From: the human T2T-CHM13v2.0 reference genome, Homo sapiens
DNA length: 64,000 bases
NCBI RefSeq assembly: GCF_009914755.1
Contig: NC_060933.1
Direction: 5' to 3' (one strand)
Below the pieces are notes generated by a model. It was not told where the DNA came from, did no database searches, and saw only the letters and a list, made by a program, of their open reading frames with translations. Positions 1 to 11,958 of this stretch are shown here, one piece after another (within the stretch, counting starts at the first letter, position 1; every line of letters begins with the position of its first letter). The position numbers were made by a program, and so were the translations under genes.

Positions 1-730
1 AGATATCCTATCTATCTAGACAGATAATAGATATCCTATCTATCTAGACAGATAATAGATATCCTATCTATCTAGACAGATAATAGATATCCTATCTATC
101 TAGACAGATAATAGATATCCTATCTATCTAGACAGATAATAGATATCCTATCTATCTAGACAGATAATAGATATCCTATCTATCTAGACAGATAATAGAT
201 ATCCTATCTATCTAGACAGATAATAGATATCCTATCTATCTAGACAGATAATAGATATCCTATCTATCTAGACAGATAATAGATATCCTATCTATCTAGA
301 CAGATAATAGATATCCTATCTATCTAGACAGATAATAGATATCCTATCTATCTAGACAGATAATAGATATCCTATCTATCTAGACAGATAATAGATATCC
401 TATCTATCTAGACAGATAATAGATATCCTATCTATCTAGACAGATAATAGATATCCTATCTATCTAGACAGATAATAGATATCCTATCTATCTAGACAGA
501 TAATAGATATCCTATCTATCTAGACAGATAATAGATATCCTATCTATCTAGACAGATAATAGATATCCTATCTATCTAGATAGATAATAGATACCCTATC
601 TAGATAGATAGATAATAGATATTCTATCTAGATAGATAATAGATACCCTATATATCTATCTAATCTATTTTATCTATTTAATCTATCTATTTAATCTATT
701 TAGACAGAATAGATAGACAGATATTCTATA
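1..730. repeat. 28-bp minisatellite (AGATATCCTATCTATCTAGACAGATAAT)n; 20 identical copies at 1-560, then degenerate TATC/GATA-rich tail
   Basis: Direct reading: exact 28-nt period to position 560, with variants (C>T, deletions) after. The array probably extends left of the window. Confidence 0.97.
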
Positions 731-1114
731 GTTTGGCATAAGTCAGTCCAATAGTCATTGGCTAAAGCTTTCTCAACCATAAAATCATTTTTCATCTAAG
801 AGAATCAATGATAGATACCTGGTTGAGACCGCAGCCACAGAGTTTCTTTTTTACTTAAAGAAATCAAAGAGATCTGGAAGACTATTTATTTATAAATTTG
901 AACCTAGTTTCCTGAAGTAGTCTTATAATTTTGACCTTGTTATATTTCCATCCCAATTCTCAAATAATGATCTCAAATAATGAGCATGTTTAGCATGTTC
1001 TTAGTTCAGATATGAAGAAGCACATAAAAATATATATGCTATCAGGTTGTCAAAAATTTGAGTTCTTCCAGCCCAAACTGATAAAGACTCACTACTGGTC
1101 ATAAATTATGCCAT

Positions 1115-1275
1115 ACAAAGCTTTATATTTTATTGAGGAGCTCACTTAAAACCTCATCACATTCCAATTACATTGACAGGGAAGGTATTTTATTACCATT
1201 TTATAAATGAGAAAAAAAATTGTCCTGATGCTCCAATGTTGTCTAATTAAGGTAAAGTTAGGGCTGGGAACTCTT
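1115..1275 (-). mobile_element. MIR SINE fragment
   Basis: MIR core-like 'attaccattttataaatgagaaaa' followed by 'gctgggaactc'. Confidence 0.55.
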
Positions 1276-2379
1276 ATCATTATATGGATTTTAATAAATA
1301 TATATTTGGTAAAAGGGCCAAGACAGGAATGCTACTTCTCACTGAGAAGGTGGGTTAGCTATTGTTTTCCTTTTATTCTGTGTAGATTCAGATACCTGTA
1401 TCTACAATACAACAACCATAAAAGCCATTTTAAAACTCAAAGTGAATGGGTATGCTGTTTTGTCACTGAATGAATAGGTTCCAAATACTTCATGTAGTCT
1501 CCCTGTGTTCTTTACACCCCATTTTTGACCCACTTTTGACATTTCTCACACCCCAGATTTGTTGTCACTAGAGTAGCTTTATGCCCACACTTATACACAT
1601 AAGGACTTATGGAAGTTTTAACCCTTCTCTACCAAGCTTCAAGTGTCACCTAAGCTATTAGTGAATTGACCTACACTCAATTATAGAGATACATCATGTT
1701 CTGCATTTACCTGTATTCACCTTCTAACACAGAGAAAATGTAAAGGACACACAGAAAGGAGTTACCACAGAAAAATAAAACTTAGAGACTTTTTACAGAA
1801 CCAAGAGTATTTGACTTTAATTATATCAATGGGTAAATTATAAATCTTGTTGCTAATTCATTCCTGTTCCCTTTATCCTCAGAATATTAAAAGGGAGTGT
1901 CTGTATATTCAACATAGCAAATGTGTTCATTTCTGGAAGGTTTCTCAGACCCAACTGGAGTTCAAGACAGAAATAAGTAGATAGCATCGCAGGCCTGGAT
2001 GCAATCTCAGTTTTAAGACAAGAACAGAAAATGATTTCAACTTATATTGCCAACTGTGATCATTCAAACTTTTAGTTGCTCTTGCTACATCCCAGCTCAT
2101 TATGAAATAGTATTTATGAATACTAATCTATTTACTAGATATAAACATCATTCTAAAATGTACCTGCTGTACATTAAGGGAGGGAGTTTGAAGTAGATCC
2201 CTAAGAATCACGTGTCTTAGTTTAGCTCCCTTGTGTCAGGATATAGATATAATAATTAATAATTGAATGAATGCATACTAACTCAGTTTAAGAATGAGAA
2301 AATTACCTATAACTTGGGCCTACTCCTGTTCTCTTTGCTTGTACTACCTCCATGTTTGCCCTTTAGAGGAAACAACTAT

Positions 2380-2656
2380 ATCGTATTTTAAATTTTGCTT
2401 TCTGTGTTTCTGTTCTTGCTTTTGCTTTAGTTTTAGCACTCATACATGTAAGTATAAACAATCTATTGTGGAATAGTTCCTGTTTGAGGGCTTTATAAAC
2501 ATGGTATCAAATTTTATACAGTTGTTGGCACTTGCATTTTCCCCTCACTGTTATATTTTACATGTTTGTCTTGTTGTCTGTAACTGTAGTTCAGTTGTTT
2601 GCACTCTTGTGTACTAGTGTATTGTGGCTCATCACTATTTATTCTCTTGTGGATGG
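2380..2656 (-). mobile_element. Old L1M (L1ME-like) 3' fragment, left part, interrupted by HERV-H
   Basis: Degenerate L1 3'-end motifs (gtagttcagttg...ctatttattctcttgtggatgg) that resume after the provirus at 8587. Confidence 0.55.
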
Positions 2657-3076
2657 TTTCAGGCGTCTGAGCCCAAGCTAAGCCATCATATCCCTTGTGA
2701 CTTGCATGTACACATCCAGATGGCAGGTTCCTGCCTTAACTGATGACATTCCACCACAAAAGAAATGAAAATGGCCTGTTCCTGCCTTAACTGATAACAT
2801 TATCTTGTGAAATTCCTTCTCCTGGCTCATCCTGGTGGCTCAAACCCTCCCCTACTGAGCACCTTGTGACCCCCCCTACTCCTGCCTGCCAGAGAACAAC
2901 ACCCCTTTGACTGTAATTTTCCTTTACCTACCCAAATCCTATAAAACGGCCCCACCCCTATTTCCCTTCGCTGACTCTCTTTTCGGACTCAGCCCGCCTT
3001 CCCCCAGGTGAAATAAACAGCCTTGTTGCTCACACAAAGCCTGTTTGGTGGTCTCTTCACATGGACACGCATGAAA
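2657..3076 (+). promoter_or_regulatory. 5' LTR (LTR7), 420 bp; TATA box 2940-2946, GGCCCCACCCC box, AATAAA 3012-3017
   Basis: Matches LTR7 consensus start T(G)TCAGGCCTCTGAGCCCAAGCTAAGCC and end GCATGAAA; retains the 51-bp U3 direct-repeat unit. Confidence 0.96.
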
Positions 3077-3078
3077 TT

Positions 3079-3096
3079 TGGTGCCGTGACTCGGAT
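3079..3096 (+). promoter_or_regulatory. Primer binding site complementary to tRNA-His
   Basis: TGGTGCCGTGACTCGGAT lies 2 nt after the 5' LTR and is the complement of the tRNA-His 3' end plus CCA. Confidence 0.97.
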
Positions 3097-3219
3097 CGAG
3101 GGACCTCCCTTGGAAGATCAATCCCCTGTCCTCCTGCTCTTTGCTCCGTGAAAAAGATCCACCTATGACCTCGAGTCCTCAGACCCACCAGCCCAAGGAA
3201 CATCTCATCAATTTTCAAT

Positions 3220-3228
3220 CCGGTAAGC
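3220..3228 (+). promoter_or_regulatory. HERV-H major splice donor (CCG|GTAAGC)
   Basis: Donor-like sequence about 145 nt downstream of the 5' LTR, where the HERV-H leader donor is expected. Confidence 0.75.
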
Positions 3229-3420
3229 GGCCTCTTCTTACTCTCTTCTCCAACCTCTCTCACTATCCCTCAACCACTTTCTCGTTTCAATCTTGGCACC
3301 ACCCCAACCCCTTACTTCCATACCCCTACCCCTTTCCCGCTTTTCTGGAGGGTAAGAACCCCCAAACCCCTTCCCTCCGTGTCTCTACTCTCTCTTTTCT
3401 CTAGGCTTGCTTCCTTCACT

Positions 3421-4560
3421 ATGGGCAAACTTCCACCCTCCATTCCTCCTTCTTCTCCCTTAGCCTGTGTTCTCAAGAACTTAAAACCTCTTCAACTCAC
3501 ACCAGACCTAAAACCTAAATGCCTTATTTTCTTCTGCAATGCTGCTTGACCCCAGTACAAACTCGACAGTAGTTCCAAATAGCCAGAAAACGGCACTTTC
3601 AATTTTTCCATCCTACAAGATCTAAATAATTCTTGTCGTAAAATAGACAAACGGTCTAAGGTGCCTGACGTCCAGGCATTCTTTTACACATCAGTCCCTC
3701 CCTAGTCTCTGTTCCAAATGCAACTCATCCCCAATATTCCTTCTTTCCCTCCCACCTGTCGCCCCAGTCCCAACCCCAAGCATCGCTGAGTCTTTCTAAT
3801 CTTCCTTTTCTACAGACCCATCTGACCTCTCCCCTCCTCGCCAGGCTGAGCTAGGTCCCAATTCTTCCTCAGCCTCCGCTCCTCCAACCTATAATCCTTT
3901 TATCACCTCCCCTCCTCACACCTGGTCTGGCTTACAGTTTCACTCCGCGACTAGCCCTCCCCAACTTGCCCAGCAATTTCCTCTTAATAAGGTGGCTGGA
4001 GCTAAAGGCATAATCAAGGTTAATGCTCCTTTTTCTTTATCCCAAATCAGATAGCATTTAGGCTCTTTTTCATCAAACATAAAAACCCAGCCCAGTTCAT
4101 GGATCGTTTGGCAGCAACTCTGAGATGCTTTACAGACCTAGACCCTAAAAAGTCAAAAGGCCATCTTATTCTCAATATACATTTTATTACCCAATCCACT
4201 CCCGACATTAAATAAAACTCCAAAAATTAAATTCCGGCCCTCAAACCCCACAATAGGACTTAATTAACCTCGCCTTCAAGGTGTACAATAACAGAAAAAA
4301 GTTGCAATTCCTTGCCTCCACTGTGAGACGAACCCCAGCCACATCTCCAGCACACAAGAACTTCCAAACACCTAAACCACAGTGGCCAGTTATTTCTCCG
4401 GGCCCACCTCCCCCAGGAGCTTGCTACAAGTGCTGGAAATCTGGCCACTGGGCCAAGGAATGCCCACAGCCCAGAATTCCTCCTCATCCACGTCCCATCT
4501 GTGTGGGACCCCACTGAAAATCAGACTTTTCAACTCACCAGGCAGCCACTCCCAGAGCCC
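3421..4560 (+). pseudogene. gag: Degenerate HERV-H gag with CCHC zinc knuckle CYKCWKSGHWAKEC at 4422-4463
   Basis: ORF 4281-4517 carries a Cx2Cx4Hx4C motif; ATGGGCAAACTT gag-like start at 3421; many stops and frameshifts. Confidence 0.85.
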
Positions 4561-4619
4561 CTGGAACTCTGGCCCAAGGCTCTCTGACTCCTTCCCAGAT
4601 CTTCTTGGCTTAGCGGCTG

Positions 4620-7600
4620 AAGACGGACGCTGCCCAGTCTCCTCAGAAGCCCCCGAGACTATCACGAATGCCGATCTTCTGGTAACACTCACAATGGAGG
4701 GTAAGTCCGTCCCCTTCTTAATCAATACGGAGGCTACTCACTCCACATTACCTTCTTTTCAAGGGCCTGTTTCCCTTGCCTCCATAACTGTTGTGGGTAT
4801 TGATGGCCAGGCTTCTAAACCTCTTAAAACTCCCCAACTCTGGTGCCGATTTAGACATACTCTTTTAAGCACTCCTTTTTATTTATTCCACCTGCCCAGT
4901 TCCCTTATTAGGCCAAGGCACTAACTAAATTATCTGCTTCCCTGACTATTCCTGGGCAACAGCCACACCTCATTGCCACCTTTTCCCCCAGTTCAAAGCC
5001 TGCTTCACATCCTCCCCTTCTATCTCCCCACCTTAACCCACAAGTATAAGACACCTCTACTCCCTCCTTAGCGACCGATCATGCACCCTTTACCATCCCA
5101 TTACAACCTAATCACTCTTCCCCTGCTCAATGCCAATATCCCATCCCACAGCATAGTTTAAAAAGATTAAAGCCTGTTATCACTCGCCTGTTACAGCATG
5201 GCCTTTTAAAGCCTATAAACTCTCCTTACAATGCCCCTATTTTACCTGTCCTGAAACCAGACAAGACTTACAGATAAGTTCAGGATCTGCGCCTTATCAA
5301 CCAAATTGTTTTGCCTATCCACCCCTTGGTGCCAAAACCCATATAGACTCCTATCCTCAATACCTCCCTCTACAACCCATTATTCTGTTCTGGATCTCAA
5401 ACATGCTTTCTTTACTATTCCTTTGCACCCTTCATCCCAGCCTCTCTTCGCTTTCACTTGGACTGACCCTGACACCCATTAGGCTCAGCAAATTACCTGA
5501 GCTGTACTGCCGCAAGACTTCACAGACAGCCCCCATTACTTCAGTCAATACTTCAGTCAAGCCCAAATTTCTTCCTCATCTGTTACCTATCTCAGCATAA
5601 TTCTCATAAAAACACACGTGCTCTCCCTGCTGATCGTGTTCAACTGATCTCTCAAACCCCAGCACCTCTACAAAACAACAACTCCTTTCCATCCTAGGCA
5701 TGGTTAGATACTTTTGACTTTAGATACCTGGTTTTGCCATCCTAACAAAGCCATTATATAAACTCACAAAAGGAAACCTAGCTGACCCCATAGATCCTAA
5801 ATCCTTTCCCCACTCCTCTTTCCGTTCATTGAAGACAGCTTTAGAGACTGTCCCCACCCTAGCTCTCCCTGACTTATCCCAACCCTTTTCGTTACCCACA
5901 GCTGAAGTGCAGGGCTGTGCAGTCAGAATTCTTACACAAGAACCAGGACCACGCCCTGTAGCCTTTATATCCAAACAACTTGACCTTACTGTTTTGCCTA
6001 GCCCTCAAGTCTCCGTGCAGCAGCCGCTGCCACCCTAATACTTTTAGAGGCCCTAAAAATCACAAACTATGCTCAACTCACTCTCTACAGTTCTCATAAC
6101 TTCCAAAATCTGTTTTCTTCCTCACACCTGACGCATATACTTTCTGCTCCCTGGCTCCTTCAGCTGTACTCATTCTTTGTTAAGTCTCTCACAATGACCA
6201 TTGTTCCTGGCACGGACTTCAATCTGGCCTCCCACATTATTCTGGTTAACACACCTGACCCTCATGACTGTATCTCTCTGATCCACCTGACATTCACCCC
6301 ATTTCCCCATATTTCCTTCTTTCCTGTTCCTCACCCTGATCACATTTAGTTTATTGATGGCAGTTCCACCAGGCCTAATCGCCACTCACCAGCAAAGGCA
6401 GGCTATGCAATAGTATCTTCCACATCTATCATTGAGGATACCGCTCTGCCCCCTTCCAATACCTCTCAGCAAGCCGAATTAGTTGCCTTAACTCAAGCCC
6501 TCACTCTTGCGAAAAGACTACGTGTCAATATTTATACTGACTCTAAATATGCCTTTCATATTCTGCACCATCATGCTGTTATATAGGCTGAAGGAGGTTT
6601 CCTCACTATGCAAAGATCCTCCAGCATTAATGCCTCTTTGACAAAAACTCTGCTCAAGGCCGTTTTACTTCCAAAGGAAGCTGGAGTCATTCGCTGCAAA
6701 GGCCATCAAAAGGCATCAGATCCCATTGCTCTAGGCAATGCTTATGCTGATAAGGTGGCTAGACAAGCACCTAGATTTCCAACTTCTGCCCCTCATGGCC
6801 AGTTTTCCTCCTTCACATGGGTCACTCCCACCTACTCCTCCGCTGAAACTACCACCTATAAATCTCTTCCCACACAAGGCAAATGGTTCTTAGACCAAGG
6901 AAAATATCTCCTTCCAGCCTCACAGGCCCATTCTATTCTGTCGTCATTTCATAACCTCTTCCATGTAGGTTACAAGCCGCTAGCCCATCTCTTAGAACCT
7001 CTCATTTCCTTTCCATCATGGAAATCTATCCTCAAGGAGATTACTTCTCAGTGTTCCATCTGCTATTCTACTACCCCTCAGGGATTGTTCAGGCCTCCTC
7101 CCTTTCCTACACATCAAGCTCGAGGATTTGTCCCTGCCCAGGACTGGCAAATTGACTTTACTCACATGCCCCGAGTCAGAAAACTAAAATATATCTTAGT
7201 CTAGGTAGACACTTTCACTGGATGGGTAGAGGCCTTTCCCACAGGGTCTGAGAAGGCCACCGCAGTCATTTCTTCCCTTCTGTCAGACATAATTCCTCGG
7301 TTTGGCCTTCCCACCTCTATACAGTCTGATAACGGGCCAGCCTTTATTAGTCAAATCAGCCAAGCATTTTCTCAGGCTCTTGGTATTCAGTGAAACCTTT
7401 ATACCCCTTATGGTCCTCAGTCTTCAGGAAAGCTAGAATGGACTAATGGTCTTTTAAAAACACACCTCAACAAGCTCAGCCACCAACTTAAAAAAGACTG
7501 GATAATACTTTTACCACTTTGCCTTCTCAGAATTCAGGCCTGTCCTCAGAATGCTACAAGGTACAGCCCATTTGAGCTCCTCTATGGACGCTCCTTTTTA

Positions 7601-7640
7601 TTAAGCCCCAGTCTCATTCCAGACACCAGACCAACTTGCA
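4620..7640 (+). pseudogene. pol: Degenerate HERV-H pro-pol (protease, partially deleted RT, RNase H, integrase)
   Basis: Protease FLINTEAT (DTGA degenerate); RT QDLRLIN/LDLK; RNase H FIDGSS, QQAEL, IYTDSKYA, GNAYAD; integrase HHCC (FHNLFH..CSIC), WQIDF, IQSDNG. Multiple in-frame stops; no YxDD seen. Confidence 0.92.
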
Positions 7641-8213
7641 CTGTGCCCCAAAAAACTTGTCATCCCTGCTATCTTCTGTCTAGTCATACTCCTATTCACC
7701 ATTCTCAACTACTCATACATGCTCTGCTCTTGCTTACACTGCCGGTTTACACTGTTCCTCCAAGCCATCACAGCTGGTATCTCCTGGTGCTACCTCCGGA
7801 CTGCAACTCTTAACTCTTGAAGTAAATAAATAATCTTTGCTGGCAGGACTATGCTGAATCTCATTAGGCACTCTCTAATTAGATGTCCTGGGTCCTCCTA
7901 ATTCTTAGATCTTTAATACCTGTTTTTCTCCTTCTCTTATTCCATTTAGTTTTTCAATTCATACAAAACAATATCCAGGCCATCACCAATAATTCTAAAT
8001 GACAAATGTTTCTTCTAACAACCCCACAATATCACCCCTTACCACAAAATCTTCCTTCAGCTTAATCTCTCCCACTCTAGGTTCCCACACCACCCCTAAT
8101 TCCGCTGGAAGTAGCCCTGAGAAACATCGCCAATTATCTCTCCATACCATCCCCCAAAATTTTCGCCATCCCAGCACTTTACCACTATTTCGTTTTATTT
8201 TTCTTATTAATAT

Positions 8214-8226
8214 AAGAAGACAGGAA
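8214..8226 (+). promoter_or_regulatory. Polypurine tract AAGAAGACAGGAA
   Basis: Purine-rich run immediately before the 3' LTR start TGTCAGG. Confidence 0.85.
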
Positions 8227-8586
8227 TGTCAGGCCTCTGAGCCCAAGCTAAGCCATCATATCCCCTGTGACCTGCATGTACACATCCAGATGGCCTATTC
8301 CTGCCTTAACTGATGACATCTTGTGAAATTCCTTCTCTTGGCTCATCCTGGCTCAAAAGCTCCCCTACTGAGCATCTTGTGACCCCGCCACTCCTGCCCA
8401 CCAGAGAACAACCCCCCTTTGACTGTAATTTTCCTTTACCTACCCAAATCCTATAAAACGGCCCCACCCCTATCTCCCTTCGCTGACTCTTTTTGGACTC
8501 AGCCCACCTGCACCCAGGTGAAATAAACAGCCTTGTTGCTCACACAAAGCCTGTTTGGTGGTGTCTTCACATGGATGCGCATGAAA
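8227..8586 (+). mobile_element. 3' LTR (LTR7), 360 bp; TATA 8452-8458, polyA signal 8522-8527
   Basis: Homologous to 2657-3076 but 60 bp shorter. Confidence 0.96.
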
Positions 8587-8860
8587 GATGGTTCTTAGGG
8601 ATTTTTCTATTTAAAAAAATTAGCAGGCTGCTATAAATATTTTGTACTTATCTTTTTGTGTCCATGTACACTTTATAGGCAAACGGATATGTGAATATGT
8701 AATATTGTGCAGCAATACTAACGTCTTCCAAAGAAATTGTATGATTCACCCAAATCAGTAAATTCTTGTTCATGTACATTCTCTCCAATATTGGCATTGT
8801 CAGACTTCCTAATTATGGACAATTTAGTGGATGTAAAATGATGTCTTGTTTATTTCACAT
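8587..8860 (-). mobile_element. Old L1M fragment, right part
   Basis: gctgctataaatatttt...tacattctctccaatattggcattgtcagact...gatgtaaaatg resembles the antisense end of L1 ORF2. Confidence 0.6.
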
Positions 8861-9516
8861 ACATTTTTGTAAAACACTTTTAGTAGGTAAACAGTTCCAT
8901 GACATTTATTTTTCTAATACTGCGAGAATGTTTCTCTAGTTTCTTCCATTATCAACTGCTGATGCTAAAATAATATGCTTTCTAATCATTGTTCTCTTAT
9001 AATTGATCTGGATTTTCTCTATGTCCATTTTTAAGCTTCTTTTACTATGTGTTTTGAAGTTTCAATATAGTGCATTTGGGTCTGAATTACTTCTCATTTT
9101 TCCTACTTATAATACAGATTTAAACATTTCTATTAGTATTACCATTGCTGTCACTACTGGAACATTTGCAGCCATCTTTCCCCAACTCATTTTTGTATTT
9201 GTTCACCCTAAAACATCAACTAAATTAATAGTATTCATTTTTATTCTGTCATCCATATCTCTCAAAATTCTTTCCTGATTTTCATGTCCTTATCTGGGAG
9301 AGGCTCAAATCTGGGTTATTTCCTTAGAGGCAATTTTCTAATTTTCTAATTGTTTCTTCAGTTTTTTTTTTTAGTCTACAAGTTAAAACAGCCATTGAGA
9401 TTTTTTCTAATGATTTTATTTTTCATCTAGAAAATATTTATTTGTTAGCATACAATTTATTTTTAAAATATTCTTATGCAATTGTGTTGAGCTTCTGTTG
9501 CTATTTCTCTGAAAAT

Positions 9517-10200
9517 ATACATTTTCTTTATCTAGTCTATCATTGATGGGCATTTGGGTTGGTTCCATATCTTTGCTATTGTGAATAATGCTGCAATAAA
9601 CATACATGTGCATGTATCTTTACAATACAATGATTTATACTCTTTTGGGTCTATACCCATTAATGGGATTGCTGGGTCAAATGGTATTTCTGGTTCAAGA
9701 TCCTTGAGGAATCGCCACACTGTTTTTCACAATGGTTGAACTAATTTACATTCCCACCAACAGTGAAAAAGTATTCTTATTTCTCCTACTTCTCCACAGC
9801 CTTGCCAGAATCTATTGTTTCTTTACTTTTTAATAATTACCATTCTAGCTGGTATGAGATGATATCTCACTGTGGTTTTGCTTTGCATTTCTCTGTTGAT
9901 CAGTAATGTTGAGCTTTTTTCATGATTTTAGCCACATAAATGTCTTCCTTGTAAATTCTGGATATTAGACCTTTGTCAGATGGATAGACTGCAAAAATTT
10001 TCACCCATTCTGTAGGTTGCCTATTTGCTTTGATGATAGCTTCTTTTGCTGTGCAGAAGCTCTTTAGTTTAATTGGACTCCATTTGTCAATTTTAGCTTT
10101 TGTTGCAATTGTTTTTGGCGATTTCATCATAAAATTTTTCCCTTGCCTATGTCCTGAATGATATTGCCTACATTTTCTTCTGTGGTTTTTATGGGTTTTT
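9517..10200 (-). mobile_element. L1PA (about L1PA8-13) ORF2 3' fragment with small internal deletion near 9947
   Basis: ORFs WRFLKDLEPEIPFDPAIPL and [20 protein letters not shown] match the ORF2p C-terminus. Confidence 0.92.
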
Positions 10201-11929
10201 ATATTGCCTCTGACACAAGATGCTTGCTTTCTGGTGTGCTTGTTGGCTTTGATTGTGAACTCATTGCTTGACCTTAGTCTTGCTCAATACTGTGAGATTA
10301 AAGGAAGGAAACCACATTCTAGAGAGCATTTGATTTTACTTCTACCAATAGACAGGGGCCTTTTCTGACCTGAAAGTACTTCAGGCTCCTTCAAAATGTG
10401 TGCATCAGTGTTGGGTTCCAGAGTTAGCTTTTCTGTTTTGTAGCTAATCCAATAATTAATATATGAATGCACTTCTGCTGTTAGCATTTTCCTCTGAGGA
10501 AATCCTACCCTTACTGACAACCAAACCTCTACCACCAGAAAAGTTTGGGGGGAAAAGGAAAGATAATAGTCTTTACAGATCTTCTCTACCATTTAAGAGA
10601 CAGTAACACTCCAGCATGCATGTCCTACCCATGGTACCATCTGTAGAGTTGTTCAAAGAGCATCTATTTAACCATAAGACTGTAAGAGATGTTTAAAAGA
10701 ATATCATTGCCAATGTCAAAAAAATGCTACGAGTTTTAGTGCTTTAAAACTTATAGTTAAGGTATGAAATTTGAATCATTAACCCATTTACAAAAAGATG
10801 AAAGTTTTTTTCTGAATTAGATTTGTGGTTTATAGAAATCAACATTTATATTGCTATATATGGAAAATTAATTATTTGATTCTTTCCCCTTTTCCAATCA
10901 ACTGGATATTTGTGGAGGGAATTCATTAAAAGAATATAAATATTTGAGAATAAAGGTGGATATACAAAGGTGGATCAAATAGGATGTCAAAAAGGCTAAT
11001 GAGATAAAAACCGTGCAAATAAAATCTTAGTTGAATTTTCATAACAATTTCCTAATGATGACGTATACACACTGTAAATCCAACATTGAAGGGAAACAAT
11101 AAAATTACCAGTCTTCCTATTCAATTTGATAAAAATTCCAGAGTGTATGCTGAGGTGTGAGAGGCTTAAACAGGACAGATTTGATGAACTAATAGCGATA
11201 TTTCATCTTTATATATTTATTTTCAGTAATTCTTATGTTTACCACCCTATTTTTTTCTAACTTCTTAGTTGGAAAAAAATTTGTAGTATCAGTCTATGTT
11301 CATTCAGAGAAGTATATATAATTTCTTTTTATAGAAATTGAGTTTTTCACATATGTACAAAGAAGCTAGGGAAGTCAAATTGTGCAGGGTGTAGGAGGAA
11401 TATCAAAGTAGCCACCAGTCAGTAAGTCTGAGAGGTCACTTGAGAACGTAAAGGGGGAAGTGGTGGAGAAATTTAAGGCATGAGTCTGTTGATATGCACA
11501 AAAGCATCTTGTAATGGGCCTGGGCCTGTTACTGGCCAGCAAGGTCAGTGGTCCTCAAGAAAAGCTAGAACAAAGAGGAGGAAAATAAACATGAACCAAA
11601 ATCTGCCTGCACTTCTGGTTCTGTGTGTCATCACAACTAGTTACCATTTCCTCCAGAGAACAAGGACTGTTGCTTTATTTCTGCCTCCCAAATCTTACAA
11701 GTGTCCCTTGTGCCTCCAGCTCTAAGCTGCAAAAATTCAGGGAAGGGGGCTCTGGAAAACATCTTTATAGCTTAACAAAATTGATACAGTAATTTTTAGT
11801 TAAAATTAGTAGTTCCAAACATTTCTCACTTTTCAACAAAAACAGCCATAGCATTACAAAATAAAAAAAGTTTACTGAAAGTGTATTTGTCTTATTGAAG
11901 TGTTGATGATTGATGGATGGAAAAATGAT

Positions 11930-11958
11930 TAGATAGATAGATAGATAGATAGATAGAT
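11930..11958. repeat. (TAGA)n microsatellite
   Basis: About 7 tandem units. Confidence 0.95.

Larger units (their letters stand above)
2657..8586 (+). mobile_element. HERV-H provirus, about 5.9 kb, common internally deleted form with two LTR7
   Basis: Two homologous LTRs; 5-bp TSD GATGG at 2652-2656 and 8587-8591; His PBS; PPT; gag zinc knuckle, protease, RT, RNase H and integrase remnants. Confidence 0.98.

Noticed and set aside
1-560. CRISPR-like array (28-bp partly palindromic repeat)
   Set aside because: Units are head-to-tail with no spacers, there are no cas genes, and the context is primate.
958-1000. 13-bp tandem duplication TCTCAAATAATGA and similar micro-duplications (about 10953, 12463, 15815)
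   Set aside because: Ordinary slippage events with no further structure.
4382-4924. 180-aa ORF as a functional protease
   Set aside because: The catalytic DTG reads NTE, the start is non-ATG, and the frame shifts before the domain ends.
6608-7204. 198-aa RNase H/integrase ORF as a functional protein
   Set aside because: It starts mid-RNase H and stops before the second D and the E of the DDE triad.
7999-8313. 104-aa ORF as env
   Set aside because: No env motifs (furin site, ISD, TM); it runs into the LTR.
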